A stretch of 64,000 nt of DNA from Escherichia coli (GCF_044647545.1 NZ_CP172818.1), one strand, 5' to 3'; shown: positions 43,412 through 55,556, numbered from the stretch's first letter. The notes: generated by a model from the letters alone, not told the origin. Numbers and translations: made by a program.

Positions 43412-44166
43412 GTCCAGTGCTTACGCAACATGTCAGCCAGCCCATAACGCTGGACGAGCAAACGCAAAAGATGAAGCAGCATTTGCTACAGGATATCCGT
43501 CGCTCGGCTTACGTTTATCGCGTCGATTGCGGCGGCTGCAACGCCTGCGAAATCGAAATTTTTGCCGCCATCACACCCGTATTCGACGCAGAACGTTTTG
43601 GCATTAAGGTTGTTTCATCACCGCGTCACGCCGATATTTTGTTATTTACTGGCGCAGTCACCCGGGCGATGCGTATGCCTGCACTTCGGGCATATGAGTC
43701 TGCCCCCGATCATAAAATCTGTGTTTCCTACGGCGCGTGCGGTGTCGGCGGCGGTATTTTCCACGATCTTTACAGCGTCTGGGGCGGCAGCGACACCATT
43801 GTCCCCATTGATGTTTGGATCCCCGGCTGCCCGCCAACACCGGCCGCCACCATTCACGGTTTCGCCGTGGCGCTCGGTTTGCTGCAACAGAAGATTCACG
43901 CGGTGGATTATCGCGATCCCACCGGGGTGACCATGCAACCGCTGTGGCCGCAGATCCCGCCATCACAGCGTATCGCCATTGAGCGAGAAGCGAGGCGGCT
44001 GGCGGGCTATCGTCAAGGGCGAGAAATTTGCGATCGGCTCCTGCGCCATTTAAGCGACGATCCTACAGGAAATCGGGTTAACACCTGGTTGCGCGAAGCT
44101 GACGATCCACGTCTCAATAGTATCGTTCAGCAACTCTTTCGCGTTCTCCGGGGGTTACATGGCTGA
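43408..44166 (+). CDS. hyfI: hydrogenase-4 small subunit HyfI (NuoB-like)
   Basis: 252-aa [13 protein letters not shown] and GCPP motifs; 4-nt overlap with hyfH. Confidence 0.93.
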   Translation: MSPVLTQHVSQPITLDEQTQKMKQHLLQDIRRSAYVYRVDCGGCNACEIEIFAAITPVFDAERFGIKVVSSPRHADILLFTGAVTRAMRMPALRAYESAPDHKICVSYGACGVGGGIFHDLYSVWGGSDTIVPIDVWIPGCPPTPAATIHGFAVALGLLQQKIHAVDYRDPTGVTMQPLWPQIPPSQRIAIEREARRLAGYRQGREICDRLLRHLSDDPTGNRVNTWLREADDPRLNSIVQQLFRVLRGLHG

Positions 44167-44572
44167 GGAGTGCAGGGAAATTGTTTTCTGGACGCTGCGA
44201 AAAAAATTTATCGCCAGTAGCGACGAGATGCCGGAACACAGCTCCCAGGTAATGTATTACTCGTTGGCTATCGGTCATCACGTTGGCGTGATTGATTGTT
44301 TGAATGTCGCCTTCCGCTGCCCACAGACGGAATACGAAGATTGGCTTGCACAGGTCGAAGAGGAGCAAGCCCGACGTAAGATGCTGGGGGTGATGACTTT
44401 TGGTGAGATTGTTATTGACGCCAGCCACACCGCCCTGTTGACCCGGGCATTCGCGCCACTGGCAGATGACGCGACGTCGGCGTGGCAGGCGCGTAGCATT
44501 CAATTCATTCATCTGTTGGATGAAATTGTGCAGGAACCGGTCATCTATCTGATGGCCAGAAAAATTGCGTGA
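44159..44572 (+). CDS. hyfJ: hydrogenase-4 accessory protein HyfJ (HycH-like)
   Basis: 137-aa ORF, 8-nt overlap with hyfI. Confidence 0.9.
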   Translation: MAEECREIVFWTLRKKFIASSDEMPEHSSQVMYYSLAIGHHVGVIDCLNVAFRCPQTEYEDWLAQVEEEQARRKMLGVMTFGEIVIDASHTALLTRAFAPLADDATSAWQARSIQFIHLLDEIVQEPVIYLMARKIA

Positions 44573-44601
44573 GAAGGATTTCTCATTAATAAGGACTGTT
44601 G

Positions 44602-46614
44602 ATGGCTATGTCAGACGAGGCGATGTTTGCCCCGCCGCAAGGAATAACAATTGAAGCGGTAAACGGAATGCTCGCGGAGCGGTTAGCACAGAAACACGGC
44701 AAGGCGTCTTTATTACGCGCCTTCATCCCGCTGCCGCCGCCGTTCAGCCCGGTACAACTTATTGAACTGCATGTTCTCAAAAGCAACTTCTATTACCGCT
44801 ACCATGATGATGGCAGCGATGTGACGGCAACAACAGAGTATCAGGGTGAGATGGTCGATTATTCGCGCCACGCCGTCCTTCTCGGCAGTAGTGGAATGGC
44901 GGAGCTACGCTTTATTCGCACCCACGGCAGTCGTTTTACTCCCCAGGATTGCACACTGTTTAACTGGCTGGCACACATAATCACTCCGGTTCTGCAATCA
45001 TGGCTCAATGATGAAGAACAGCAGGTGGCGCTGCGTTTGCTGGAGAAAGATCGCGATCATCATCGGGTACTGGTGGATATCACTAATGCAGTGTTGTCAC
45101 ATCTTGATCTCGACGATCTGATCGCTGACGTCGCTCGTGAGATCCATCATTTTTTCGGTCTGGCTTCAGTCAGTATGGTACTGGGCGATCATCGAAAGAA
45201 CGAGAAGTTCAGCCTGTGGTGCAGCGATCTTTCTGCCTCACATTGTGCGTGTCTGCCACGCTGTATGCCTGGCGAAAGTGTATTGCTGACACAAACGCTA
45301 CAAACCCGACAACCGACCTTGACGCACTGTGCAGACGATCTGTTTCTCTGGCAACGCGACCCGTTATTACACTTACTTGCATCTAACGGCTGCGAATCTG
45401 CGCTCCTTATACCGCTCACCTTTGGCAACCATACACCGGGTGCATTGTTGCTGGCGCATACCTCTTCCACTCTCTTTAGTGAGGAAAACTGCCAGCTACT
45501 ACAACATATTGCCGATCGCATCGCTATTGCCGTTGGCAATGCCGATGCCTGGCGCAGCATGACCGATTTGCAGGAAAGCTTGCAGCAAGAAAACCACCAG
45601 CTTAGCGAGCAGCTCCTTTCGAATCTGGGCGTCGGTGACATTATCTATCAAAGCCAGGCAATGGAAGACCTGCTCCAGCAGGTAGATATTGTGGCGAAGA
45701 GCGACAGTACGGTGTTGATTTGTGGTGAAACCGGAACCGGCAAAGAGGTGATCGCCAGAGCGATCCATCAACTTAGCCCACGACGCGACAAGCCACTGGT
45801 CAAAATCAACTGCGCTGCCATCCCCGCCAGTCTTCTGGAAAGTGAGTTATTCGGTCATGACAAAGGGGCATTTACTGGTGCGATTAATACCCATCGTGGT
45901 CGTTTTGAAATTGCCGATGGCGGCACGTTGTTTCTCGATGAAATTGGCGATCTGCCGTTAGAACTTCAGCCTAAACTGCTGCGCGTATTGCAGGAACGGG
46001 AGATTGAGCGTCTCGGCGGGAGTAGAACGATCCCGGTAAATGTCAGAGTCATTGCCGCCACCAACCGTGATTTGTGGCAAATGGTTGAAGATCGCCAGTT
46101 TCGCAGCGATCTCTTTTATCGCCTGAATGTCTTCCCACTGGAACTGCCGCCACTGCGCGACCGTCCGGAAGATATCCCTCTTTTAGCAAAGCATTTCACG
46201 CAAAAAATGGCGCGCCATATGAATCGCGCAATTGACGCCATCCCGACCGAGGCGCTACGCCAGTTGATGTCGTGGGACTGGCCGGGCAACGTGCGCGAGC
46301 TGGAAAACGTGATTGAGCGAGCGGTACTACTGACTCGCGGTAACAGTCTGAATTTACATCTTAATGTCCGACAAAGCCGTTTACTGCCGACGCTAAATGA
46401 AGATTCAGCGCTTCGCAGTTCAATGGCGCAGTTACTGCACCCGACGACGCCAGAGAATGACGAAGAAGAACGTCAGCGCATTGTTCAGGTATTGCGAGAA
46501 ACCAATGGCATTGTTGCCGGGCCCCGTGGCGCGGCGACACGATTAGGGATGAAGCGCACCACGCTGCTGTCACGAATGCAGCGTCTGGGGATCTCGGTTC
46601 GCGAGGTGTTGTAA
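44602..46614 (+). CDS. hyfR: sigma54-dependent transcriptional activator HyfR (FhlA-like)
   Basis: 670 aa from ATG 44602; AAA+ sigma54-activator domain ([14 protein letters not shown]) and C-terminal HTH. Confidence 0.93.
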   Translation: MAMSDEAMFAPPQGITIEAVNGMLAERLAQKHGKASLLRAFIPLPPPFSPVQLIELHVLKSNFYYRYHDDGSDVTATTEYQGEMVDYSRHAVLLGSSGMAELRFIRTHGSRFTPQDCTLFNWLAHIITPVLQSWLNDEEQQVALRLLEKDRDHHRVLVDITNAVLSHLDLDDLIADVAREIHHFFGLASVSMVLGDHRKNEKFSLWCSDLSASHCACLPRCMPGESVLLTQTLQTRQPTLTHCADDLFLWQRDPLLHLLASNGCESALLIPLTFGNHTPGALLLAHTSSTLFSEENCQLLQHIADRIAIAVGNADAWRSMTDLQESLQQENHQLSEQLLSNLGVGDIIYQSQAMEDLLQQVDIVAKSDSTVLICGETGTGKEVIARAIHQLSPRRDKPLVKINCAAIPASLLESELFGHDKGAFTGAINTHRGRFEIADGGTLFLDEIGDLPLELQPKLLRVLQEREIERLGGSRTIPVNVRVIAATNRDLWQMVEDRQFRSDLFYRLNVFPLELPPLRDRPEDIPLLAKHFTQKMARHMNRAIDAIPTEALRQLMSWDWPGNVRELENVIERAVLLTRGNSLNLHLNVRQSRLLPTLNEDSALRSSMAQLLHPTTPENDEEERQRIVQVLRETNGIVAGPRGAATRLGMKRTTLLSRMQRLGISVREVL

Positions 46615-46635
46615 TCTGTTTTTGCAGGAGTATGC

Positions 46636-47484
46636 ATGAGAAACAAACTCTCTTTCGACTTGCAGTTGAGCGCCAGAAAAGCGGCAATCGCTGAACGGAT
46701 TGCCGCCCATAAAATTACCCGCAGCAAAGTGTCGGTCTTTTTAATGGCGATGTCCGCAGGCGTGTTTATGGCGATCGGATTTACTTTTTACCTTACCGTT
46801 ATCGCCGATGCCCCGTCTTCACAGGCATTAACCCATCTGGTGGGCGGCCTTTGCTTTACACTCGGCTTTATTTTGCTGGCGGTTTGCGGCACCAGCCTGT
46901 TCACCTCGTCGGTAATGACGGTGATGGCAAAAAGTCGGGGCGTTATTAGCTGGCGAACATGGCTGATTAATGCACTTCTGGTGGCCTGCGGTAATCTGGC
47001 AGGTATTGCCTGTTTCAGTTTGTTAATCTGGTTTTCCGGGCTGGTGATGAGTGAAAACGCGATGTGGGGAGTCGCGGTTTTACACTGCGCCGAGGGCAAA
47101 ATGCATCATACATTTACTGAATCAGTCAGCCTCGGCATTATGTGCAATGTGATGGTTTGCCTGGCGCTGTGGATGAGTTATTGCGGACGTTCGTTATGCG
47201 ACAAAATCGTCGCCATGATTTTGCCCATCACCCTGTTTGTCGCCAGTGGCTTTGAGCACTGTATCGCCAATTTATTTGTGATTCCGTTCGCCATTGCCAT
47301 TCGCCATTTCGCCCCTACCTCCTTCTGGCAACTGGCGCACAGTAGCGCAGACCATTTTCCGGCACTGACGGTCAGCCATTTTATTACCGCCAATCTGCTC
47401 CCGGTGATGCTGGGTAATATTATCGGCGGTGCAGTGCTGGTGAGTATTTGTTATCGGGCTATTTATTTACGTCAGGAACCCTAA
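46636..47484 (+). CDS. focB: formate channel FocB (FNT family)
   Basis: 282-aa membrane ORF, last gene of hyf cluster. Confidence 0.93.
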   Translation: MRNKLSFDLQLSARKAAIAERIAAHKITRSKVSVFLMAMSAGVFMAIGFTFYLTVIADAPSSQALTHLVGGLCFTLGFILLAVCGTSLFTSSVMTVMAKSRGVISWRTWLINALLVACGNLAGIACFSLLIWFSGLVMSENAMWGVAVLHCAEGKMHHTFTESVSLGIMCNVMVCLALWMSYCGRSLCDKIVAMILPITLFVASGFEHCIANLFVIPFAIAIRHFAPTSFWQLAHSSADHFPALTVSHFITANLLPVMLGNIIGGAVLVSICYRAIYLRQEP

Positions 47485-47516
47485 AAATCAGCCCGGCGAA
47501 ACAGTTCGTCGGGCTG
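47484..47516. terminator. bidirectional stem-loop terminator between focB and perM
   Basis: agcccggcg ...loop... cgtcgggct (9-bp stem, one G-T); T5 follows on the minus strand. Confidence 0.5.
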
Positions 47517-47520
47517 AAGA

Positions 47521-48582
47521 TTATTCTTGCGCGATTTGCCCATCGGGCCAGGCGTGAATCACGGCTTTGATCAGCGTCGCCAATGGAATGGCGAAGAATA
47601 CGCCCCAGAATCCCCACAAACCACCGAAGATCACCACCGATAAAATAATCACCAGCGGATGCAGGTTAACCGCTTCGGAGAACAACACCGGCACTAGCAG
47701 GTTGCCGTCCAGCGCCTGAATGATCAGATACACCGCGAAGCAGCTCCAGAATTCCGTGCCAGCACCAAACTGGAATAGCGCCACGCCAATCACCGGAATG
47801 GTCACCACAAATGCGCCAATGTACGGAATAAGAACCGAGAAGCCGACCAGCACCGCCAGCAGCAGCGAATAGTTCAGCCCGAAGAGTAAGAACCCCAGCC
47901 AGGTGGCGATCCCCACCACGATCATCTCCAGCACTTTGCCGCGGATATAGTTGGTGATTTGTTGATTCATCTCCTTCCACACCTGTCCTGCCAGTCCGCG
48001 GTTACGCGGTAGCACCCGACGAACGGCGTTCAGCATCTGCTCTTTGTCTTTCAGCAGGAAGAAGACCATCAATGGCACCAGCACCAGATAGACAGCTATG
48101 GTGAGCAAACCGACCAGCGAGGCGAGGGAAATTTTCACCACCGAATCGCCCATGGTCAGCATCCGACTGCGCATATTTTCGGCCATTGCATCAATAATGC
48201 CCGCGTCCATTAACGCCGGATAGCGGCGCGGCAACGTGGCGGCAAAGTCAGAAAGCTTATTGAGCATCCCCGGCATATCGCGAATTAAGTAGATGCCCTG
48301 CTGCCAGGCGATAGGCAATACCACGAACGCCATCAGTAGCAATATACCGACGAAAACCACCAATACAATCGACGTCGCCCAGCGGCGGGAGCAGCCAATA
48401 GATTGCAGGCGCACGGTTGGCCATTCCAGCAAATAGGCCAGCACAATAGCCACCAGCAACGGAGCAAGCAGGCCACTAAAGAAAAAGATAATGCCAAATC
48501 CGGCAACTAAAATAACCAGCAAGGCAATCGCTTCCGGGTCGCTAAAACGGCGGCGATACCATTGCATCAACATTTCGAGCAT
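47521..48582 (-). CDS. perM: AI-2E family permease PerM (formerly yfgO)
   Basis: 353-aa polytopic membrane ORF. Confidence 0.9.
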   Translation of the reverse strand: MLEMLMQWYRRRFSDPEAIALLVILVAGFGIIFFFSGLLAPLLVAIVLAYLLEWPTVRLQSIGCSRRWATSIVLVVFVGILLLMAFVVLPIAWQQGIYLIRDMPGMLNKLSDFAATLPRRYPALMDAGIIDAMAENMRSRMLTMGDSVVKISLASLVGLLTIAVYLVLVPLMVFFLLKDKEQMLNAVRRVLPRNRGLAGQVWKEMNQQITNYIRGKVLEMIVVGIATWLGFLLFGLNYSLLLAVLVGFSVLIPYIGAFVVTIPVIGVALFQFGAGTEFWSCFAVYLIIQALDGNLLVPVLFSEAVNLHPLVIILSVVIFGGLWGFWGVFFAIPLATLIKAVIHAWPDGQIAQE

Positions 48583-48735
48583 AAAGACCTTCCCTGAACC
48601 TCAAGAGCGGGATTGCGATCCGCAATTGTATCGAAATGTCACAAAAAAGACTTCGCTTTTTATGACGGATTCAGGAAACTGAAAAGTCATTTGAGTGGGC
48701 TAATCTTCGCCGTTACACTCAAAGGCGGCGCGGTG

Positions 48736-48763
48736 GGAACGATATTTCACAGTATCGGTCAAA
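48736..48763 (+). promoter_or_regulatory. sigmaE-type promoter for bepA
   Basis: GGAACga -N16- TCAAA (consensus GGAACTT-N16-TCAAA), about 30 nt upstream of bepA ATG. Confidence 0.5.
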
Positions 48764-48794
48764 TGACTATCTTCAGAAATACAGGATAGAGGTT

Positions 48795-50258
48795 ATGTTC
48801 AGGCAGTTGAAAAAAAACCTGGTTGCAACCCTCATTGCTGCTATGACCATTGGTCAGGTAGCCCCGGCGTTTGCCGACAGCGCAGACACCTTGCCGGATA
48901 TGGGAACCTCCGCAGGAAGCACGCTTTCCATTGGTCAGGAAATGCAGATGGGCGACTATTATGTCCGCCAGCTACGCGGCAGCGCGCCGTTAATTAATGA
49001 CCCGCTGTTAACGCAATATATTAATTCGCTGGGTATGCGTCTGGTTTCGCATGCCAATTCGGTTAAGACACCGTTTCATTTCTTTCTGATCAACAACGAC
49101 GAAATTAACGCCTTTGCTTTCTTTGGCGGCAACGTGGTGCTGCACTCTGCCCTGTTCCGTTATTCCGATAACGAAAGTCAACTGGCTTCAGTTATGGCGC
49201 ACGAAATCTCCCACGTCACCCAACGTCACCTGGCGCGAGCGATGGAAGATCAACAGCGCAGCGCGCCGCTGACCTGGGTCGGCGCGTTAGGTTCTATTTT
49301 ACTGGCGATGGCCAGTCCGCAGGCGGGGATGGCAGCGCTGACCGGTACACTGGCGGGAACGCGCCAGGGGATGATCAGTTTCACCCAGCAAAATGAACAG
49401 GAAGCGGATCGCATTGGTATTCAGGTGCTGCAACGCTCAGGATTCGATCCGCAGGCGATGCCGACCTTCCTCGAAAAATTGCTCGATCAGGCGCGTTACT
49501 CCTCGCGTCCGCCGGAAATTTTATTGACTCACCCGTTGCCGGAAAGTCGTCTGGCAGATGCCCGCAACCGTGCTAATCAGATGCGCCCGATGGTGGTGCA
49601 GTCGTCGGAGGATTTCTATCTGGCGAAAGCGCGCACACTGGGGATGTATAATTCCGGACGTAATCAGCTCACCAGTGATTTGCTGGATGAATGGGCGAAA
49701 GGAAACGTTCGTCAGCAACGAGCGGCGCAATATGGTCGTGCTCTACAGGCGATGGAAGCCAATAAATACGATGAGGCGCGTAAAACGCTGCAACCGTTAC
49801 TGGCGGCAGAACCTGGTAACGCATGGTATCTCGATCTGGCTACCGATATCGATCTTGGGCAAAACAAAGCCAATGAGGCAATCAATCGCCTGAAAAATGC
49901 CCGTGATTTGCGTACCAATCCGGTGTTGCAGCTCAACCTGGCGAACGCTTATCTGCAAGGCGGTCAACCACAAGAAGCGGCCAATATTCTGAATCGCTAC
50001 ACTTTTAATAATAAAGATGACAGCAACGGCTGGGATTTACTGGCACAGGCGGAAGCCGCGCTAAATAACCGCGATCAGGAACTGGCTGCGCGAGCAGAAG
50101 GTTATGCGCTCGCCGGGCGACTCGATCAGGCCATTTCCTTGTTGAGTAGCGCCAGTTCGCAGGTGAAATTAGGCAGCCTGCAACAAGCGCGTTACGATGC
50201 GCGCATCGACCAGTTGCGCCAGCTGCAGGAACGCTTTAAGCCTTATACCAAGATGTAA
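48795..50258 (+). CDS. bepA: periplasmic beta-barrel assembly-enhancing protease BepA (formerly yfgC), M48 peptidase + TPR
   Basis: 487-aa ORF, signal peptide, HEISH zinc motif. Confidence 0.93.
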
Positions 50259-50278
50259 TTCGCATTAAAGGAAGAACA

Positions 50279-50638
50279 ATGACCAAACAGGTAAAAATCT
50301 ACCATAACCCACGCTGTTCAAAGAGCCGGGAAACGCTGAGCCTGCTGAAAGAAAACGGCGTGGAGCCAGAAGTGGTGCTCTACCTTGAGACACCCGCCGA
50401 TGCGGCAACGCTGCGTGATTTGCTGAAAATGCTGGGAATGAATAGCGCTCGTGAATTGATGCGCCAGAAAGAGGATCTTTATAAAGAACTGAACCTGGCT
50501 GACAGTTCGCTTAGCGAAGGGGCGCTGATTCAGGCAATGGTGGATAATCCAAAGCTAATGGAGCGCCCGATTGTGGTCGCGAATGGCAAAGCGCGGATTG
50601 GTCGTCCACCGGAGCTGGTACTGGAAATCGTGGGTTAA
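50279..50638 (+). CDS. yfgD: ArsC-family protein YfgD
   Basis: 119-aa ORF, N-terminal catalytic-Cys motif HNPRCSKSR. Confidence 0.9.
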   Translation: MTKQVKIYHNPRCSKSRETLSLLKENGVEPEVVLYLETPADAATLRDLLKMLGMNSARELMRQKEDLYKELNLADSSLSEGALIQAMVDNPKLMERPIVVANGKARIGRPPELVLEIVG

Positions 50639-50668
50639 GAAGTGCTCCATCGCTAGTTGAAGCACATT

Positions 50669-50702
50669 GCCGGATGCGACGCTTGCCGCGTCTTATCCGG
50701 CC
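50669..50702. repeat. REP element
   Basis: gccggatgcgacgcttgccgcgtcttatccggcc. Confidence 0.8.
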
Positions 50703-50743
50703 GACGAATACTATGGGTGCATATCCGACAATAAACGTCTTGT

Positions 50744-51445
50744 CTACAGTTTCAGAATTTCTTTCACAAACGGAATGGTCAGCTTACGTTGCGCGGTAAT
50801 CGACGCACGATCCAGCTGATCCAGCGTCATAAATAACGTGCGCATTTCTCTGTCGAGCCGCTTCAGCAAGAAACGCCCCACATCTTCCGGCAGTTCAAAA
50901 CCACGCAAACGCGCGCGTAACTGTAGCGCCTGCAACTTATCTTCATCAGAAAGTGGCTGCAATTTGTAGATCTGCCCCCAGTCGAGTCGCGACGCGAGAT
51001 CCGGTAATCCCAGATTCAACTGCCGCGGTGGACGATCGCCGGTGATCAACAACCGTGTTTTGCCCGATTCCAGAATTCGATTGTAGAGATCGAAAATCGC
51101 CATCTCCCACAACTCATCGCCTGCAATACACTCAATGTTGTCGATACAGACCAGCGACAAATGCTCCATACCGTCGAGCACTTCCGGAACAAACCAGGTG
51201 CGTTTATCCAGCGGGACATAGCCCACCGCATCGCCACGCTGCGACAATTCCGCGCAAGCCGCGTGCAGCAGATGGCTGCGCCCCGCGCCTTCGCGTGCCC
51301 AGAGATAGATGTAACCGCTATGTTCCTGACGCAGCACGTTTTGCAGCGCGGCCAGTAAAGAGGAGTTATCCCCCGGCCAGAAACTTGCAAAGGTTTCGTC
51401 GTCAGGAAGATAAAGTGGCAAAGAGAGCTGTGCCGGTGTGTTCAG
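50744..51445 (-). CDS. hda: DnaA-inactivating factor Hda (AAA+)
   Basis: Track ORF is 248 aa from ATG 51490; I recall the functional Hda as 233 aa initiating at the in-frame CTG (51445). Either start gives the same AAA+ protein. Confidence 0.8.
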
Positions 51446-51510
51446 AGATACCTCAACCAGGATTTCACAAAATCGCGAGAAGTTTACCACAGAATCCCAT
51501 GATGTTTGAA

Positions 51511-51531
51511 CCGGGCAGCAACACTGCCCGG
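51511..51531 (-). terminator. stem-loop immediately downstream of uraA stop (candidate terminator, weak U-tract)
   Basis: ccgggcag caacac tgcccgg. Confidence 0.35.
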
Positions 51532-51539
51532 TCGGTACA

Positions 51540-52829
51540 TTATTTGTCTGTTATATCCGCGTCTTCTGCGTCCAGCACCACTTCTTCAGGGCGCAGCATA
51601 CTAATCAGTTTGAAGATCAAACTTAAGCCGATACCGACGATGGTCGCCAGCGCCATACCTTTCAGCTCCGCCGCGCCAATGTTTACCTTCGCGCCACTGA
51701 CGCCGATGATCAAAATAACGGAAGTCAGGATCAGGTTCTGTGCTTTGTTGTAATCCACTTTCGATTCGATCAACACACGAATACCGGAAGCACCGATGAC
51801 ACCGTAAAGCAGCAGCGAAACGCCGCCCATCACCGGCAATGGAATCATCTGGATAGCAGCAGCCAGTTTACCGACGCAGGAAAGCAGGATAGCGAAAATC
51901 GCCGCCCCGCCGATAACCCAGGTACTGTAAACACGGGTGATCGCCATCACGCCAATGTTTTCTCCGTAAGTGGTGTTTGGCGTGGAGCCAAAGAAGCCGG
52001 AGATCACGGTCGACAAGCCGTTAGCAAACATCGAACGGTGCAGACCTGGATCGCGCAGCAGATCTTTTTTGACGATATTAGCCGTTACCACCAGGTGCCC
52101 TACGTGTTCGGCAATAACCACTAACGCCGCTGGCAGAATAGTCAGAATGGCAAACCACTCGAAGCGCGGCGTATAGAGGGTCGGCAGCGCAAACCAGTGA
52201 GCATTAATAATCGGCGTGGTATCGACAATTCCCATTGCGAAAGAGAGCGCGTAGCCCACCAGCACGCCAATTAAAATCGGGATAATTGCCAGGAAACCAC
52301 GAAACAGCACGGAACCTAAAACCGTGACTGCCAAGGTGGTAATGGAGATGATGATGGTTTTGGAGTCTGGCGTTTGCCCTTCAGCCGGGAGTAAACCTGC
52401 CATACCGGCAGCTACGCCCGCCAGCTCCAGACCGATGACGGCAACGATTGCGCCCATTGCCGCAGGTGGAAACAGCACGTCCAGCCAGCCGGTCCCCGCT
52501 TTCTTCACGATAAAAGAAACCAGGCAGAACAGCACGCCGCACATAATAAAGCCGCCCAGCGCGACTTCATACCCTAACGGCAACAGTAACAATACCGGTG
52601 AAATAAAGGCAAAGCTGGAACCAAGATAAGCCGGGATTTTCCCTTTACAGATGAAGAGATACAGCAGCGTTCCTATACCGTTAAATAACAGTACAGTCGC
52701 CGGGTTAATATGAAATAAGACGGGCACCAGGACGGTTGCACCAAACATGGCGAACAAATGTTGCAAACTAAGCGGGATTGTCTGTAAAAGTGGCGGTCTT
52801 TCACTCACCCCGATAGCACGGCGCGTCAT
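51540..52829 (-). CDS. uraA: uracil:H+ symporter UraA
   Basis: ATG at 52829 gives 429 aa [16 protein letters not shown]...; NCS2 family. Confidence 0.92.
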   Translation of the reverse strand: MTRRAIGVSERPPLLQTIPLSLQHLFAMFGATVLVPVLFHINPATVLLFNGIGTLLYLFICKGKIPAYLGSSFAFISPVLLLLPLGYEVALGGFIMCGVLFCLVSFIVKKAGTGWLDVLFPPAAMGAIVAVIGLELAGVAAGMAGLLPAEGQTPDSKTIIISITTLAVTVLGSVLFRGFLAIIPILIGVLVGYALSFAMGIVDTTPIINAHWFALPTLYTPRFEWFAILTILPAALVVIAEHVGHLVVTANIVKKDLLRDPGLHRSMFANGLSTVISGFFGSTPNTTYGENIGVMAITRVYSTWVIGGAAIFAILLSCVGKLAAAIQMIPLPVMGGVSLLLYGVIGASGIRVLIESKVDYNKAQNLILTSVILIIGVSGAKVNIGAAELKGMALATIVGIGLSLIFKLISMLRPEEVVLDAEDADITDK

Positions 52830-52869
52830 AGAATTATCCTCTGTATTATGTGTTATAGGCGCTTTACTC

Positions 52870-52897
52870 AAAAAAAAGCCGACTCTTAAAGTCGGCT
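52870..52897 (-). terminator. rho-independent terminator between upp and uraA
   Basis: Minus strand: agccgact ttaag agtcggct followed by T8. Confidence 0.8.
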
Positions 52898-52914
52898 TTA
52901 ATTATTTTTATTCT

Positions 52915-53541
52915 TTATTTCGTACCAAAGATTTTGTCACCGGCATCGCCGAGGCCCGGAATAATGTATCCGTGCTCGTTCAGTCCCTGGTCAATCGATG
53001 CGGTATACAGTTCGACGTCCGGGTGCGCTTTTTCCAGCGCAGCGATACCTTCTGGCGCAGCTACCAGTACCAGAACTTTGATGCTGCTGCAGCCCGCTTT
53101 TTTCAGCAGGTCGATGGTCGCGATAACGGAACCACCGGTTGCCAGCATTGGGTCAACGATCAGCGCCATACGCTCATCGATGTTAGAAACCAGTTTCTGG
53201 AAGTACGGTACCGGCTCCAGCGTTTCTTCATTACGGTACATACCGACGACGCTGATACGCGCGCTCGGAACGTTTTCCAGCACACCGTCCATCATCCCCA
53301 GACCGGCACGTAGAATTGGCACAACGGTAATTTTCTTACCTTTGATCTGATCGATTTCTACCGGGCCGTTCCAGCCTTCGATAGTTACTTTTTCCGTTTC
53401 GAGGTCGGCGGTCGCTTCGTAAGTCAGCAGGCTACCCACTTCGGAAGCGAGTTCGCGAAAGCGCTTGGTGCTGATATCTTGCTCACGCATCAGTCCCAGC
53501 TTGTGTTTGACGAGTGGGTGTTTGACTTCCACGATCTTCAT
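52915..53541 (-). CDS. upp: uracil phosphoribosyltransferase Upp
   Basis: ATG at 53541 gives 208 aa [20 protein letters not shown]... Confidence 0.95.
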
Positions 53542-53566
53542 ACTCTTTCTCCTTTGAGGGGCAGCC

Positions 53567-53612
53567 ACAAAAAAATCGACGGATTATACCTCCTTTCTTC
53601 AAGGCGGCAATA
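53567..53612 (-). promoter_or_regulatory. upp promoter with T-tract initially transcribed region
   Basis: Minus strand: TTGCCG -N16- TATAAT ccgtc GATTTTTTTGTGGCTGCC; perfect -10, T7 run right after the likely start site. Confidence 0.6.
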
Positions 53613-53785
53613 TTATTTTCGTTGACTTTAGTCAAAATGATAACGGTTTGAGATAAAGTTATTTTGTATTCAAATGGTTATGGAAGAAGATTATTCCATC
53701 CGAAAACGATCCTTTGCCCTGGTACAAGTATTCTTTTGCCGCGCGCCTGGGGAAAAGACGTGCAAAAAGGTTGTGTAAAGCAGTC

Positions 53786-53801
53786 TCGCAAACGTTTGCT
53801 T
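53786..53801. promoter_or_regulatory. PurR operator (pur box) upstream of purMN
   Basis: tcgcaaacgtttgctt, core GCAAACGTTTGC perfect; about 65 bp upstream of purM start. Confidence 0.65.
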
Positions 53802-53846
53802 TCCCTGTTAGAATTGCGCCGAATTTTATTTTTCTACCGCAAGTAA

Positions 53847-54901
<1,055 letters not shown>

Positions 54902-54902
<1 letters not shown>

Positions 54903-55540
54903 TGAATATTGTGGTGCTTATTTCCGGCAGCGGAAGTAATTTGCAGGCAATTATTGACGCCTGCAAAACCAACAAAATTAAAGGCACCGTACGGGCAGTT
55001 TTCAGCAATAAGGCCGACGCGTTCGGCCTTGAACGCGCCCGCCAGGCGGGTATTGCAACGCATACGCTCATCGCCAGCGCGTTTGACAGTCGTGAAGCCT
55101 ATGACCGGGAGTTGATTCATGAAATCGACATGTACGCACCCGATGTGGTCGTGCTGGCTGGTTTTATGCGCATTCTCAGCCCGGCGTTTGTCTCCCATTA
55201 TGCCGGGCGTTTGCTGAACATTCACCCTTCTCTGCTGCCGAAATATCCCGGATTACACACCCATCGTCAGGCGCTGGAAAATGGCGATGAGGAGCACGGT
55301 ACATCGGTGCATTTCGTCACCGATGAACTGGACGGTGGCCCGGTTATTTTACAGGCGAAAGTCCCGGTATTTGCTGGTGATACGGAAGATGACATCACCG
55401 CCCGCGTGCAAACCCAGGAACACGCTATTTATCCACTGGTGATTAGCTGGTTTGCCGATGGTCGTCTGAAAATGCACGAAAACGCCGCGTGGCTGGATGG
55501 TCAACGTCTGCCGCCGCAGGGCTACGCTGCCGACGAGTAA
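54902..55540 (+). CDS. purN: GAR transformylase PurN
   Basis: 212-aa ORF; start overlaps purM stop (TAATG). Confidence 0.95.
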
Positions 55541-55556
55541 TGCCCCCGTAGTTAAA

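Noticed and set aside
33855-47484. hyf cluster as the undescribed system
   Set aside because: It is the long-known hydrogenase-4 operon; every gene has a recognisable family assignment.
51055-51753. 232-aa + strand ORF spanning the hda/uraA region
   Set aside because: Overlaps two well-supported minus-strand genes and their intergenic terminator; Arg/Pro-rich shadow frame.
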